A DNA stretch of 63,975 nt, counting the filler, from Jimgerdemannia flammicorona (taxonomy: Eukaryota), in assembly GCA_003990765.1 (NCBI GenBank). It is 3 parts of 3 records of this genome, joined end to end, with 100 filler letters (N's around TTAATTAATTAA, not from the genome) between each part and the next. Parts side by side here need not be neighbours in the genome. Positions count along the whole stretch, not along the records: positions 21,361 to 42,619 come from RBNJ01001494.1; 2 more parts are not named here. One strand, written 5' to 3'. The position numbers and the translations under genes are program-made. This document shows positions 25,703 through 39,522 of this stretch, piece by piece. The first letter of the stretch is position 1, and each line of letters opens with the position of its first letter. A model generated the notes under the pieces. It was not told the DNA's origin. It made no database searches and worked only from the letters and a program-made list of their open reading frames with translations.

Positions 25703-27240
25703 TCTTGTCTTGTTCTTTTCTTTATGAGGAGAGGGGGATGTGAGTTGTGGGGTATTCTTGCCTAGGATATTTATACTTATTCACCCATCTGATGTGAGCT
25801 TCCATGGGTCATGCTTTCTGGTAAAAATGCATGACCTGTTGCTGTAAGCAGGGCATGTGCTAGTTACATGAGAAAATCCTGATTTCAAAGATCTCATCAC
25901 CATAGTTATGGTTACACAAGGTTAACAGATATTGGTCCACTTTTTTTTTGTCTAGTTGGCATATTTGCGAGGACTGACCATCCTTTTCTAGGGCAAGGGC
26001 TCCCATTGTCATGGCTGGGGGTTCGAATATCTCAGAAATAGACTTTTCTTATAATCCAAGGCAATTCCTAATAACAATATCTGTCATATAGATAGACTTA
26101 GACTGGTTTCGAAATCATTTGCTTTCCTAAGTTCCATATGAAGCATCCATCATCATCCAGCGGAGATGACACAGATGATGTGAAATGGAGTTGTTCAAAT
26201 GTGTTTTGCTGTACTGTACTAGATTGTTCATTTGTCTGGATATCTTCTTGTTAGTTATCCATAGTGTTCCCTTTTTTCGCAATGTTTGGTATTATATGTT
26301 TCCAGATAAGGATGTGGTATCCTTTTGCTCACTGTGTGCTCCAAATCCTAGAGCTGCAGTTCCTTTCTTTACTAGGGAGTAAGTGTTTCCATATAGTTCT
26401 GGAGGGCTTCGTGTGCATTCTGCAGGGCTTCATCTTTTTCCCAGGTAACATCATGGGTGGGGTAACTCTTCCACTTAATCAGGAAAAACTGCTTGACTGT
26501 TTTGGGATATTTGCAGACCTTGTGGTCAAGTACTTCCTCAATTTCGAATTTCTCATGATCATTGATCCAAATTGGGGGTGGTGATGGAATTGTATGCTTG
26601 GGGAATAGATTCTCATGGTAGTCCACCAATTGGATGATATGGAATACTGGGTGTACTCAGATATTATAGGGAAGTTGCAACTTGTAGTTGACTTTGCTAA
26701 TCTTTTCCATGATCTTGTATGGTCCAATTCTTCTAGCATGGAGTTTCTTAACTGGTTGTTATACCAGGGTGTCTGGGTGGAGGTGGTCTGTTCTAAGCAT
26801 GACCATGTCACCAATATTGTAGGAGGCTTCTCTTTGCTTCAAGTTTGCATACTTGGTCTGGTAGTCTTGTGTTTCTATGAGAGCATCTCTTGTCATTTGG
26901 GTAAGATCAGAAATGGTCTTGGCCAGATCTTGGGCTACTGGGACTACTGATTTCGCAGTAGTACTTGGAGTCCTTGGGTATTGACCATGGTTCAGGAAAA
27001 ATGGAGTCTTCTTTGTTGAGGTTTGCTGACTATTGTTGTAGGCAAACTTGGCATAGGCTAGGTATTTGTCCCAATCATTTTGCTTATAACAGCAGAAAAT
27101 GCTAAGTATCTGTTTGAGAGTCCTATAGTACACTTGGTTTGACCATCAGTCTGAGGGTGGTAGGCAGTAGAGAACTTCAGCTTGATTCTATGGAGAGAGA
27201 AAAATGCCTTCCAGAAGTTACTTGTGAACTTGGCATCTCA

Positions 27241-30200
27241 GGAGGACCTCCTTTTGCTTGAACCATTCAGAGCAAGCTAAGCCACATGGACATCTTTTCA
27301 CAACAAGCAAAACGTTTTCAAGTTTTCCTATTTTCTATTCTGGTGTACAAGGTGTAGCAGGAGTCTAGCTACAGTACACAATAAGTCTCATCTGTTTTTG
27401 TGGAGTTTTTGTCAGATGATGACCCAGGGTTCATCAAGCTCTGAGTATTTAGAGAGAAGGAGGCCTGGTCTGGGTCTCCCTAAGAGTTTTGCAGCAACAG
27501 TTGGAGCTTGTGTAGGGGCAAGAGGAGTAGATGATCAGGAGAGACAGGCTGGTATTGAGAGTTGGCACACAGTGATGGGGGGCAGGAGGGTGGCTACTAG
27601 GCCCATAGGGGTAGAGCTGGGGTGACATAGTGTTGACAGAGGTGGGAGTCAGGTAACTGGCCAGGTGACTGGTCAGGTGACAGGTCAGGTACCTGCTAGG
27701 GGCCAGGGGTCCGGAAGTAGTATGGCTGGGACTGGTATTCCTGGGGCTGGGCCAGTGGCTGGGGTGACTGCTGGAGTGTCAGAGAACTGAAAGAAGGCAA
27801 TGATGGCAGTAGGTTCCAGCGAACTGGTAGTGCATCCCTTCTTCCATAAGTCAGTGTCAACATGGGCCATTTCAGCGAATTTTCTGGGACTGGGGATGTC
27901 TGCTAGAAAGGTCTTGTGGCTAGTGGAAGAGGAGATTGCAGGGGCAGAGTCACTGAATTTCATCCCATCAGCTGAGGTGGTTGAGATAGGATTTGTCAAG
28001 AAGGAGGAGATGGTGAAGGCCTTGGAGAAAGGGCTGGTCATCAAGAACATCAAGGTTGGCATGTCGAGGTGCCTGAGATGAGACCCACAGGCAGTGCGAC
28101 TAGTGATTGAAGGGCTGCTGACATTGGGGAGACAGGAGACCAAAGGAATGGAGGCAGAGGTGCTGGGGGCATTTGGCAAGATGGTTGATTTTGGATTTAT
28201 GTTCTGGGAGGGGACTAAGCTGAGGAATGGCAATAATGAGATAATGGTGAGGCTGGAAGGCAAGGAGGCCACAGAGCAAGGGAGGGATTGGCCAGAAGTA
28301 ATTTGTATTGAAGGGCAGGAGTACAAAGTGTGGAGAAGGAAGAGTTCTGAACAGGAGGAGGAGAAATTGCTAGTCACTCTAGAGGAGAGAGAGGCTGCGA
28401 AGGAACTGTGAAAGCAGAGATGGGAGGAGTTTGCCAAAGACTGGATCTGGATCCCAACAGATGGGAGAAGAAAGAGGTGGTAAAGGACAAACTAAGAGTG
28501 CCTGCAGACAGTCCTCCAGAGCTCAGAAAGGGAGGAGAAGGAAAGAGCAGAGGTGGTCAAAAATCAGATGGAAGAGGTAGAGATAGCTGAGGTGTCCTTT
28601 TCGCAACTAGGGGGTGTGGAGAACTCCACTCATGTACTAGTAAAGGGGAAGTGGGCTGATAAGGAGAAGGCAACTGCTGGGGACTTTGAGGAGGTTATCA
28701 AGGTGGTACCGGAGACCCAGTTGGAGGATGTCCACATGGTGGGAGCTGCAAATGTTCATTGGGAATGCCCAGAAGCAGGCAAAGTAGTTCGGCTGGAGAA
28801 AGGCACTGAGGAGGATGACCTGGTGGATGTGGCATCCAACGTATTGATGGATAGAGAGATGCTGCAGGAGCTGAGTAGGACCCCAAGACTAGCCACTCCT
28901 AGGCCCATAGTGATGACAGTGGATGACTGATATCAGGCAGTGCTCGAGGAACTTGTGGAGGAGGATATCAAGGAAGTGGATGTATTTAATAAATTGCAGG
29001 AGGCCTGGGAAAAGTTCCTCAATATGGTATTGCAGGGGCCGAAGTTGGTGACAGTGATGGTAGCAGCACTTCTGGATGATGAAGGATATGAGATAGATGA
29101 GGACCATATGGCTGATATCAGGAAGGTAGCATCAGAGTGAGTGGATGTCTTCTGCAGTGGTGGGAATGGAGCCCATATCTGGAGGGCTATCTGCGAGGAA
29201 TAGAAGGTGATAATCTGCAGTAGGGCTGAAAAGGTGGTTGTGACTCCAGCTGAGCTTTAAACATTTATATCCATAATGATAAACAGTCTATGTATATTAT
29301 CACTAAATGTCAATGGTTTGCGTGATGGAGTGAAGCGAAGGCATTTGTTTTGGTGACTGAAGATCAGGAGGTATGATGTAGTATTTCTGCAGGATATTCG
29401 GACCTATGGGGAGCAAGATTATGAGAAGTGGAGCAAGGAATGGTTTGGTAGTACAGGGTGGAATGAGCAGGTGGGTATTTTGGTTGGCTTGGAGAGAGGA
29501 GAGCTGAAGGAGATTGAGATATATAGTGATTGATTGGTCTGGGGGAGATTGAAAGGAGGAGCTGGTGATGGGCTGGTGGTTGGCTCTGTATATCTGCCGG
29601 CAGTTGGCAGAGAGCGAAACCAATGGGTGGAAGGTTGGCTGGATTGGGGAGGCCAAGATGAGATTGGGCTGGACATTCTGAGAGGGGACTTCAACATGGT
29701 GCATGACAGGACACTAGATAGGTCTGATGGTGGAGTTGGAGTGGTGGTTTCTACAGGGCTCTCACGGTGGCTTCAAATTGAGAAGAAAATGGGATTGGTT
29801 GATAGAGTATGACAATGTCAAGGTGAGAAGTCAGGGCTATTCACTAGGTGGCATCTGGTTGGTGAGGATTTGGTTAGTATAAGGATTGACTGGATTCTGG
29901 TAGCAGAATACTGGGGCAATGTTTTGGATTCGACAGAGGTATAGTAGTGTCTCTGGTCAGATCACTGGGGTGTGGAGGTGTGTGGGAGATTCCAGGTAGC
30001 CAGTGGTGGTGGAGGCAGATGGAGACTCAATGTGGCACTACTCAAGAGACAGGTGGAGCAGGACCAGTTTGTTAAAATTGCAAGAAAGGAAGTGGCACAG
30101 TGGAAGAACAGTGGCCAGTCAATAGCACAGTAGTGGGGGAAATTTAAACATTTGACAGGTGCATATTGGTGTGATGTAGGAGAGGTAGCTGGGAGGGAGC

Positions 30201-32990
30201 AGAAGGATAGAGTAGAGCAGGGGCTTCACTGGTGGCTGAGGCTTCTGAAAGGAGAGAACTCCTCCAGGGTACGACACTCCCTGTTGATCAAGGAGGTAGC
30301 TGAGTTGCGGTCAGATTTGAAGGCAGCAGAAGATAGGGTAGTGGATGGGTTGCTGGCAAGATTGCGAGCAAAGCAGTTGGAAGAAGGTGAGTAACCCACC
30401 AAATACTTGTCCAGAATCCTGAAGGCCAGGAGGGTACAGCATAGCTGGGCTTCAGTGTTGTGAGAGGATGGAACTGAGGTGACTGATATCACAGATATGC
30501 TTGGGGAGATCTCTGGTCGATGGTGCACCCTATGGCAGAATGAGGGAGGGCTGGTAGAGGGAGAGACAGTGCTGGAGGCTAATAACAATTTGGTTGGTGG
30601 TTGGCCAGTGGTGGCAGAGCCGGCAATTGGTAGAGTGGTAATGAGTAGGGTGACCCTTGAAGAGGTGTTGGAGGTTCTGAGGAAAGTGCAGGCTAGTTCA
30701 TCACCAGGGGAGGATGGACTGCCTTGGAAGTTCTGGAAGGAGTTTCGAATGGAGTTTGGGGCATGGCTCATGGAAATGGCAAACTTTATGCTGGGGGAAG
30801 GCTGCTGGATTGGCAATGACTCCTTAGGGCTAGTCTCTCTGCTCTATAAGGAGAAAGGGGACAGATGTGTGTGGCAGAACTAGAGGCCCATTATGTTGCT
30901 GAATGTGGATAGGAAGTTGGTCTCCAAGATTCTGGCAGAGAGAATGCAACAATGGATTGGCCAATTGGTAGGTGATGAATAGCAAGGGTTTGTGAAGGAG
31001 AGATAGATTCGAGACAGCACAGCCTGGGTGCAAAATGTTTTGGAGGGTTGTAGAAGCTGGTAGATAGATGGAAGAATGGTGTTCTTGGATCAGGAAAAGG
31101 CATATGATAGGGTGCGGTAGAGCTACTTGGAGGTGGTTCTATGGAAGGCTGGGTTTGGGATGGGGGAGGCTCGCAAACTGATGGGTCTGGTGCAAGGTTG
31201 CCAGGCAGCAGTGTTGATGAATGGGTAGAGTGGCCTGGAGTTTTTCTTAGGGTGAGGTGTGCCACAGGGGGATCCTCTTTTGCCCCTGCTTTATATTTTA
31301 TCTTTGGAGTCCTTGTTGGTATAGCTGAAGAGGAGGCTTACCAGATTGAAGATGGGGGATGTAGTCTGGAAGCTGGGGGTCTTTGTGGACAACATGGTGG
31401 TAGGGTTAGGTAGTGTGGAAGACGTGTGAGCTTGCAGGAAGGGGTAGGACAGTATGAGATGTTGGCAGGGGTGAAGCTGAACTGGGGCAAGTGTGAGACC
31501 ATAGAGCTTAGAGCTGGCATGGATACTTTGGACAATTAGTTGGTCCTGGAGAGGTAGTTCGATATTTGGGTATCTGGTTCTTAGTATATGAAATGGTGCT
31601 GCTGAAAGAGTGGTGGTGTGGATTGATACAGAAGTGGGAGAATGCCTTGCTGGGCTGGTCTGAGAGGGGCTTCTCTTTGGTTGGGAGGATTGTAGTCTTG
31701 AATGTATATCGGTTACCGAAGCTGTAGTACTTGGGGTACCACCTGGACTTTCCAGGATGGGTGGTGCAGAAACTGAAGAAGATGGTCGAAGAATGGCTAT
31801 GGCAGAGAAGGAGACCACAGATTAGTTGGGAGGTAATGGTGATGCCAAGGGCAGATGGAGGTCTGGGGCTGGTGGACTTTAGAAGGCATCTGAAGGCACT
31901 TCGGGGCTGGTGGGGTTATTGAATGGCAGAATTAGGAGTGGAGGGTTGGAGCAAACTGGCTATGGATAACTAGGAAGTTAGGTTCTGTCCCCAGAGTGAG
32001 GTTTGGAAGGATATACAAGGTTTGCTCCAGGTTGGAAGGGTTGGTAGGTTGCGCTATCGGGGATTCTGGTGGAGTATTGTGGAAGCTTGGCTAGTGATGG
32101 GACTTATGGGCCCAGAGTCTGGCAAAGAAGAGGAGGACCCAGAACAGTGATGGTGGCAATTTGGTGTGATTTGTATTGGCAGCCACCTGTTGGTTGAATA
32201 CTCTCTAACTAGGGTGATAGAGTGGATCTGGACAGGTCTGCTTGAGAGGTGGCCAGTTGATTGGCAGAAGGCTGGGTTTAGAAAAGAGTGGGAGTGGGGT
32301 CAGGTTTGGGGCTGGGAGACCTCACTACTCAAGATTGCCCCACCTAAGTTCTGGGTGGTATGGTGGTGATTTTTGTGGAGGAATGTTATGCTGAGGTATA
32401 GGATGGGGTGGATGGTGGATGAAGGTGTGAAGGAATGTAAGTGGTACTGTGAGCTGGATGGGGGAGTGGTGCAGATGCTGGAGCATGTTCTGGTGGCCTG
32501 TCCAGGGGTTGAAGGATTTTGGCAGACATTAGAAGGTTATTGGGGAGAAGGAAGTGAGCAGGCAGGGAGCCCCACTTGCCAGGTGATCAAGCATCGACTG
32601 GTGGGAGACATTGGGGATGTCTGGGGAGGCCTGGATCAAATTATCAGCATCTGGGTGCTGATGGCAGTACACTGGTGATGGGTGTTCGAGAGAGATCCTT
32701 AGATGGGAATTAGAGAATTGATGGAGCAGTGGAAGGGGTTACTTTTGGAAGTGGTGTAAGGGTGGTGGTATCAGGGGCAGAGGCACCAGTTGGGGGCCAT
32801 GGAGAAGGTATTAGACATTGTTCAGAGGAGTCAGGAGTACCTCATACTTGGTGAGAAGGGGGTGAGGTAGAAAGAAGGAGTTGGTTGAAGTTGGTTGCAG
32901 AGTTCTACTTATATATGTTATATGATGTTAGTAGTAGATTGTAGTTAGTTGATATTGTATTAGATAGTTTGTAATAAAGGAGTAAAAAAG

Positions 32991-33022
<32 letters not shown>
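27241..33022 (+). mobile_element. Full-length L1/Tx1-like LINE (ORF1; ORF2 APE-RT-Zn finger; poly(A))
   Basis: TSD aactt(g/a)g(c/t)atctca at 27227-27240 and 33021-33034. ORF2 from 29277 with SLNVNGL, GDFN, SDH, SSPGEDG, DQEKAYD, QGDPL. Confidence 0.93.
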
Positions 33023-33024
<2 letters not shown>

Positions 33025-35849
33025 TAGTATCTCAGTCAGATACAATAGTACTAGGCATGCCATGTAGCCTGAATACTTGATTGAGGAAAATCTCAGCAAT
33101 CTCTGGTGCTGTAGTGGTGTTCTTGGTGGGTGCAAAATGGGCTTATTTACTTAGGCGGTCCACAAATACCACAATGGCATCCTATTCTGCCTTGGTCTTG
33201 GGGAGTTGGACAATGAAGTCCATTGCAATCTGGTTCCAGTTGTGACTTGGGATAGGTAAGGGTTGCAGGAGTCTGGCTGGTAGCTTATTACCACTTTTAA
33301 ACCTTTGGCATATCTCACATGAGGTCATAAAGTCTTTGATGTCCTTGGTCATCTTTGGCCAGTAGAACTCTCTTGAGAGGAGGTTGTAGGTTTTTTCAAA
33401 ACCATAATGTCCTACTGCAAGAGTATCATGGAGTTCCTGTAAGATCTTGAGCCGCAGAGTATCATTGTTATACAACCACTCTGTTATAGTCCCTATAGAT
33501 AAGTCCATCATGATAGGTGAATCTCTTGGCCATTTGTCTTATGGGTTCTGGAACCTCAGCCTCTGGATCTTGGCAGAATTGAAGGAAGTTCATCAGGGGG
33601 CTGTCCTGCTGGTAGCCATCCTTGATCATTTGGGTAAGGTCTCCAATTACTTCAACCATAAAGACAAGTTCATCTTCCATGTACCTGGAGAAACCATCAG
33701 TCACACAGTTGGTTTTGCCTGAGATATACTTGATTTCTATATCAAAGTTGGCAATGATTTCTATCCAGCGGGCTTGTCTGTGGGTCAGCATGGGCTGTGT
33801 GTGAATATACTGCAATGCATAGTGATCAGTGTAGGCTACAAATGGCTGTCCTCGGAGGAAATGGCACCATTCCTGAAGTGCAGTAATAATAGCCAGGAGT
33901 TCCTTCTCATGGATGGTATACTGGATCTTAGCTGGCTTGAGTTTTTGGGAAAGATAGGTCACTGGGCAGTCTTCTTGGCTGAGCACTACCCCAATGGCAA
34001 TATCAGAGGCATCCATGGTCAGAGTGAATGGTCTGGTAGAGTCAGGTGCAATTAGTACTGGGGCCTCAGTAAGGAGTCTTTTGAGATGGTCCATAGCCAG
34101 GGTGCATTCGGGGGTCCATTCAGCTTTGATGTTTACTCCTTTGTGGGCCAGACTGATCAATGGAGCTGTAATAGCAGAGTATCCTTGGATAAACCTCTGG
34201 TAATAATCAGCAATACCCAGAAAGTGCTGGAGTAGCTTGAGGATAGTAGGGATAGAGATATCCTTAAGGTCTGATACCTTTCAGAGGTCTACATTGATAC
34301 CTTCAGTAGAGATGATGTGTCTTAAGTACTCGATCTAGTCTTGATAGAACTTATACTTGCCAATCTTGGCATAGAGCTGGTGTTCTCACAGGAGGGTCAG
34401 TACTTGTCTGAGGTGGGTGTAATATAGCTCTACTGTCTCACTGTAGATTAGTATATCATCAATATATATAAGAACACAGATATTGAGGAGTGGTTTAAAG
34501 ATGTCATTCATCAGATGCTGTAATGTTGCTGGTGTATTGGTCAATCCAAAAGGTATGACTCAGAACTAGTAGTGTCCAAACCATGTTTGGAAAGCTGTCT
34601 TCTCAATGTCCTTCTCATCAATGAGAATCTGGTGGTAACCATTTTGCAAATCTAGTAGAGAAAAGGTCTTGGCCTTGAAGATTTGGTATAGCAACTCATC
34701 AATCCTAGGTAAGGCATACCAGTTCTTGATGGTGATCTTATTGAGGGCTCTATAGTCAATACACATTCACAGAGAGCCATCCTTCTTCTTGACAAATAGA
34801 ATGGGGGCTCCAAATAGAGAGTGGCTGGGTTCAATGTATCCTTGGGCCAGTAGTTTAGTCAATTCATCCTTGAGGGTCTTGAGCTCAGGTTGGATCAGTT
34901 GGTAGATACTCTTGTATGGGGGTTCAGATCCTGGAATAAGATCAATTCCATGTTGGATTTAGCACTTGGGTGGAAGTCCTTGGGGGTCTTGGAATACATC
35001 TCAGAATTCTTCGAACAGTTCTTGAGCTTCTGTTGAAATTTGGCTACTTGTAGCTTCAGTGACTTCTTGTACTATACAGATGAAGTAGGTGTTTCCCTTT
35101 TTTCAAGAGAGTCTCTTCATTTGAATGGTAGAGATGATTTCGATTCCTTGGTGGTTGGTACCTTCCTGTGGTGTCAGGGTGATCTTTCTGCCTTCATGGG
35201 TCAGGTTAACCTCATTGGTTCTCCAGTTGATGTCTGGGTTGTACTGGGTCAACCAGGCTTTTCCTAAGATAATATCTTATTCTGGGAGGTCTATAATGCT
35301 GAAGTCTAACTTCTCTTGATATTTGCCAATCTTAAGCAAAAGATCTTTGCAGATCTTGGTCAATGGTGCAGTTTTACTATCACCAAAGGTAATACTTCTT
35401 TTCTCAGTGGCTGGTCTGCTTTGGGCTCCAATCCTCTTGGCAGTCTTAGTGCTGATGTAGTTTCCAGTAGCACAACTATCAAGCAGGACATTGACATTTT
35501 GTCTGTGGACTTGTTCTGTGAACTTGATGCAACTATCCTCCTTTTTGATGGTATTGAGCTCTTCATCTTCATTGTTGTCCCAATTGCTGTCAGTCTCCTC
35601 GAAGTCAGTTTCTCCACATCCTTCACAAGGAGGGTTGTCTTGTTTGGGTTCCTCAGTCTGTTGAGCTTGGTGTTTCTCAGATTGAATTTTGAAAACTTTG
35701 GAGAGGCATGCATGGCATTCACCAACATGTTCCATGCAGTACATTCAAATAGAATGAGGGCATTATCCACATGGTGCATAACTATCTGCAATTCTCTTAT
35801 ACCAGTTTTTGTCATCTTCCTTCATGGTAGTGATCTTTTGACTGGGAGG

Positions 35850-36270
35850 TTTTTTGGTAGATCCAAACCCTTTCTTGCCATGGTCTGTCTGGGAGAGTTT
35901 GGGGACTTCTTCAATGGTGAGATCTTGACAGATTTCTTTGATGATTGCTTTGACAATCCTTTGGCCTATTTTGACTTCAAATGATGTGTCTCCAAAATTT
36001 CGTAAGATGACATGGATTTCACCAGTAAATCCTTGGTCAACTACTCCTCCTCCTAGTCTAATGTTGAACTCTTTGGATAGGCTACTTTGCTCAGCAAGGC
36101 AGATGTATGTATCTTTGGGAGCTTGCATTGCAATTCCTGTTCACACTATAGCATTGGTGCTTGGTGGAATAGTGAGGTCTTAGCTACTGTAGAGATCATA
36201 TCCAGCATTAGTTGGGTGAGTCTTAGTGGGGATGGTAGCCTTGTATTATATCTTCTGTACTTTGATGACA
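35850..36270 (-). pseudogene. dUTPase domain (family B), between gag and PR
   Basis: AGYDLYS, SSLS, GGVVDQGFTGEI, HGKKGFGST. Confidence 0.9.
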
Positions 36271-37100
36271 TTCTCGGGGTTCTTCTTTCCTGGGCCTTCT
36301 CCAATGACAGTAATATTCTGGTTACTGGGTTCACCTGATCTGTTTCTCTTCTCAAGACATTTGACTGAGATGTGTCCTGCCTTCTTGCAGATGAAGCACA
36401 ATCCCTTTTCGTGGAGCTGCTTCTTCTCATCCTTAGTGGGAGGTCTGGGTCCTCTGGGATTTCACTGGTTCCTTTGATCATTTCTTTGATCATATCTTTG
36501 ATCATTCCTTTGATCATTTCTCCTGGTAGGATTCCTCCTATCTTGGTTATCCTTCTTGTGTTCTTGAATTCATGGAGCTTGTGTAGCAAGGATTTCATGG
36601 GCTCTTCTTTGTACTTTGGCAAAGCACCATGAGTAGTGAGGACATCCTTGGGGAAGACCTTGTTCCTTGATCTTCTGCATGAGCCAGTCTGGTAGGGCTG
36701 CAAAGAGATGGATGGCTCTGGTACCATTGATGGCCAAATTGTTCTCCTGGTAGGTAAGTCCAATAGTTTTGAGGTAGGCATCCATTCTGGTGGCAAAGGT
36801 CTCTAGATCCTCTTTGCCATTCTTGTGGAACTTTATCTGAGACAGTTTGTTCCAAGTTTCTTATATGTAGGCTGCATTTCGAAATTTGGTCAGTAGCAAG
36901 GCCTTGAGTCCTGGGCCTGCTTTATGGTCATCCCAACCTGGTCTATTGTTGCCAGGTACTTGTTCATTGACTTGAGGGCGGACTTCCTAGATTACTGAGT
37001 GTTGTTCCAAGGTTCACCAGAATTTGGCTGCTGTTTCCATAAAGAATGTGGCTACTGTTTCTACTTGTGCTGCTAATGTGGCAAACAGCTGTTGAAGGGT

Positions 37101-39522
37101 AGGGGAATGGAGGCCACTGCAAGTGGCTGGACTGGATGACTTGGCCTTGCTGGTGCGAGGTGAGGAGGTCCAGAGTGTCCTTACAGCAACTAAAACTGGA
37201 ACAGCACCAGGGGAGGATAGACTACCATAGGACTTCTGGAAGAAGATGGTCAAGGTCTCCGGCATTTTGGAGGAGATGACTGCTCTCTGTAATCATTTTC
37301 TTCAGAGCAGTGAGTGGGTTGGAGAGCAGGATCTTGGGCTGGTGGCTTTATTATACAAAGACAAGGAGAGGAGAGAAGACTGGAAGAACTGGCAACCAAT
37401 CATGCTTTTGGACATAGATAGGAAAATAGTGATCAAGGTAGTTGTTGTAAGGCTGCAGAAGGTTGCCCAGCAGGTGCTGGGGGAGGAGCAGCAGGGCTTT
37501 GTTGGGAGCAAACTTATAAGAGATGGGACTGCTTGGGTATATAGTATCATTGAAGGGACCCAGGCTTGTGGCCTGGATAGAAGGCTGGTCTTTTTGGACC
37601 AGGAGAAGACATATGACCAGGTCCAGTGGGTATGGCTGGGCAAGGTGTTGGATCATATTGGTGTTCCACCAGGTTTTCAGGCTTCTATGGTGAATCTGCT
37701 CGAGGGCAGTTGGGCAGCGCTGATGTATAATGGTCACCATGGTCAGGCATTTACCTTGAGAAGAGGGGTCCCTCAGGGGGACCCCTTGTCCCCTATTCTT
37801 TATGCTCTCTCATTGGAACCATTAATGGATAGGATTTGCCAGAAGGTGGTGGGGCTCTCCATCTATGGTATAGTGTGGAGAGTGAGAGTCTTTACAGATG
37901 ATATGGTGATTGGCCTTGGGTCTGTGGCAGATGTCGAGGCACTTAAGGAGGTGATGGAATGGTATGAGGATCACTCTGGGGTAAAGCTCAACTGGTATAA
38001 GTGTGAGACTATAGTGCTAGGGAATAGGCTGGTGGGTGGGGATGTCATTGGAACAATTGTCCCTACTGGTGAGGTGGTATGGTATCTGAGCATCTTCCTC
38101 TCTGTGTATAGTTCTGTCTTATCATGAGTATAGTGGGAGAGCAGGGTGGCTATTTGGGGGGAGGCCCTTCGAGGTTGGAGAGGCCACCATATCTCTTTAG
38201 CAGGGCAGGTATCAATTCTGAATATGTACTGGTTCCCCTAGCTGTGGTATGTGGCATACCACCTAGACTTCCCAGCTTGGGTGGTGAAGAGGCTGATGAA
38301 GGTGGCTAGGGATTGGATTTGGGCAGGGAGGAGATCCCAGATCAGTTGGGATACTCTTGCAATGCCGGTGGACAGGGGAGGTCTTGGCCTTGTGGATTTC
38401 CCTAAGAGGTTGCACTGCTTGCAAGCCTGGTGGTAGAAGAGAGTGGCTGACCTACAGGGAGGAGGTTGGGTACCTCTGATACAGAAGGTGTAGAAGATGA
38501 GAACCTCCCAACAAGGGTCCTCAGAGGATCTTCTCTCTTTGGTAGGGCTTAATGGAATTTGGTAGCTGTGATTTAAGGGCTTTTGGTGGAGAGTGGTCAA
38601 TGGAGCACACAGAATTGGTCTGAACTGGTAAGGCAATAAGGGGGAGGTGTTGTGGGGTCCTCATATGTGGCGATGGGATAGACTACTACTGGGGGGTGCT
38701 CCGCTTATTACTTTTGATATTGGGGATGGAGTGGAGTGCCAGCAGGGTCTTGGCCAGGACCTTTGGCCAAGTGGTTGGCAGGTAGTCGGGATCAGCGAGG
38801 AGTGGGACTAGGCAGGTATCTGGTATTGGAGTACTGAGGTGTGGTGGTGGCTTCCCTCCAAGTTCTGAGTGGTGTGGTGGCAAATGCTGTAGAGGAATGT
38901 CATGCTGAATTTCCACACTGGGTATCTGGTAGATGGTGGCTGTTTCAATTGTGAGGAGTATTACAATATAGAGCAAGCTGGGGGTTTGGTGCAGACACCA
39001 GAACATTGGCTGGGAGAGTGTGAGGTTTTGGGGGACTTTTGGGTTAAAATAGGGGATAGACTGAGTGTAGGGTACAGGCTGGTGGGTGAGGGGGATCACT
39101 GGGAGGACTTGAGGTCTTGGCTGGTGGGGGGGGTGGGTGATAGTTGGCTCACTATTGGGTGGGTGTTAGTAGTTTGGGTGGGACTGGCAGGACATTGGCT
39201 ATTTGTATTTGAGGAGGGGCAGTGGGTAAGCCTGCAGGAGAAGGTTTTAAGGTGGGAGGAGCTGTTGGGAGATCTGATGACTGGATGGTGGATAGGTTGG
39301 GGTCCTTCAGGGGGGCAATGGTGAGGTTTAGTGATAAGGATATATGAACAAAGTGGTGGGAGGGTGGGAATTATATTCGATAGAGTAGTGTTTCATCAAG
39401 AAGGGGTTGGGGGGAGGGGCCCCCCTAGGGGGGTTGGATAGGGGGTGGGTTCACTGTACTTATATAGGATAGATAGGGTAATAAAGGAAGAGTCCAAGTG
39501 ACTAAAAAAAAAAAAAAAAAAA
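37101..39522 (+). mobile_element. 5'-truncated L1/Tx1-like LINE
   Basis: 18-bp TSD aaacagct(g/a)ttgaagggt at 37083-37100 and 39520-39537. RT ORF 37246-38127. Poly(A). Confidence 0.93.

Noticed and set aside
27241..33022. Alternative genetic code or readthrough suggested by frequent in-frame TGA/TAG at Arg/Trp/Gln positions
   Set aside because: Stops differ between copies and match C>T/G>A decay. The host gene uses the standard code.
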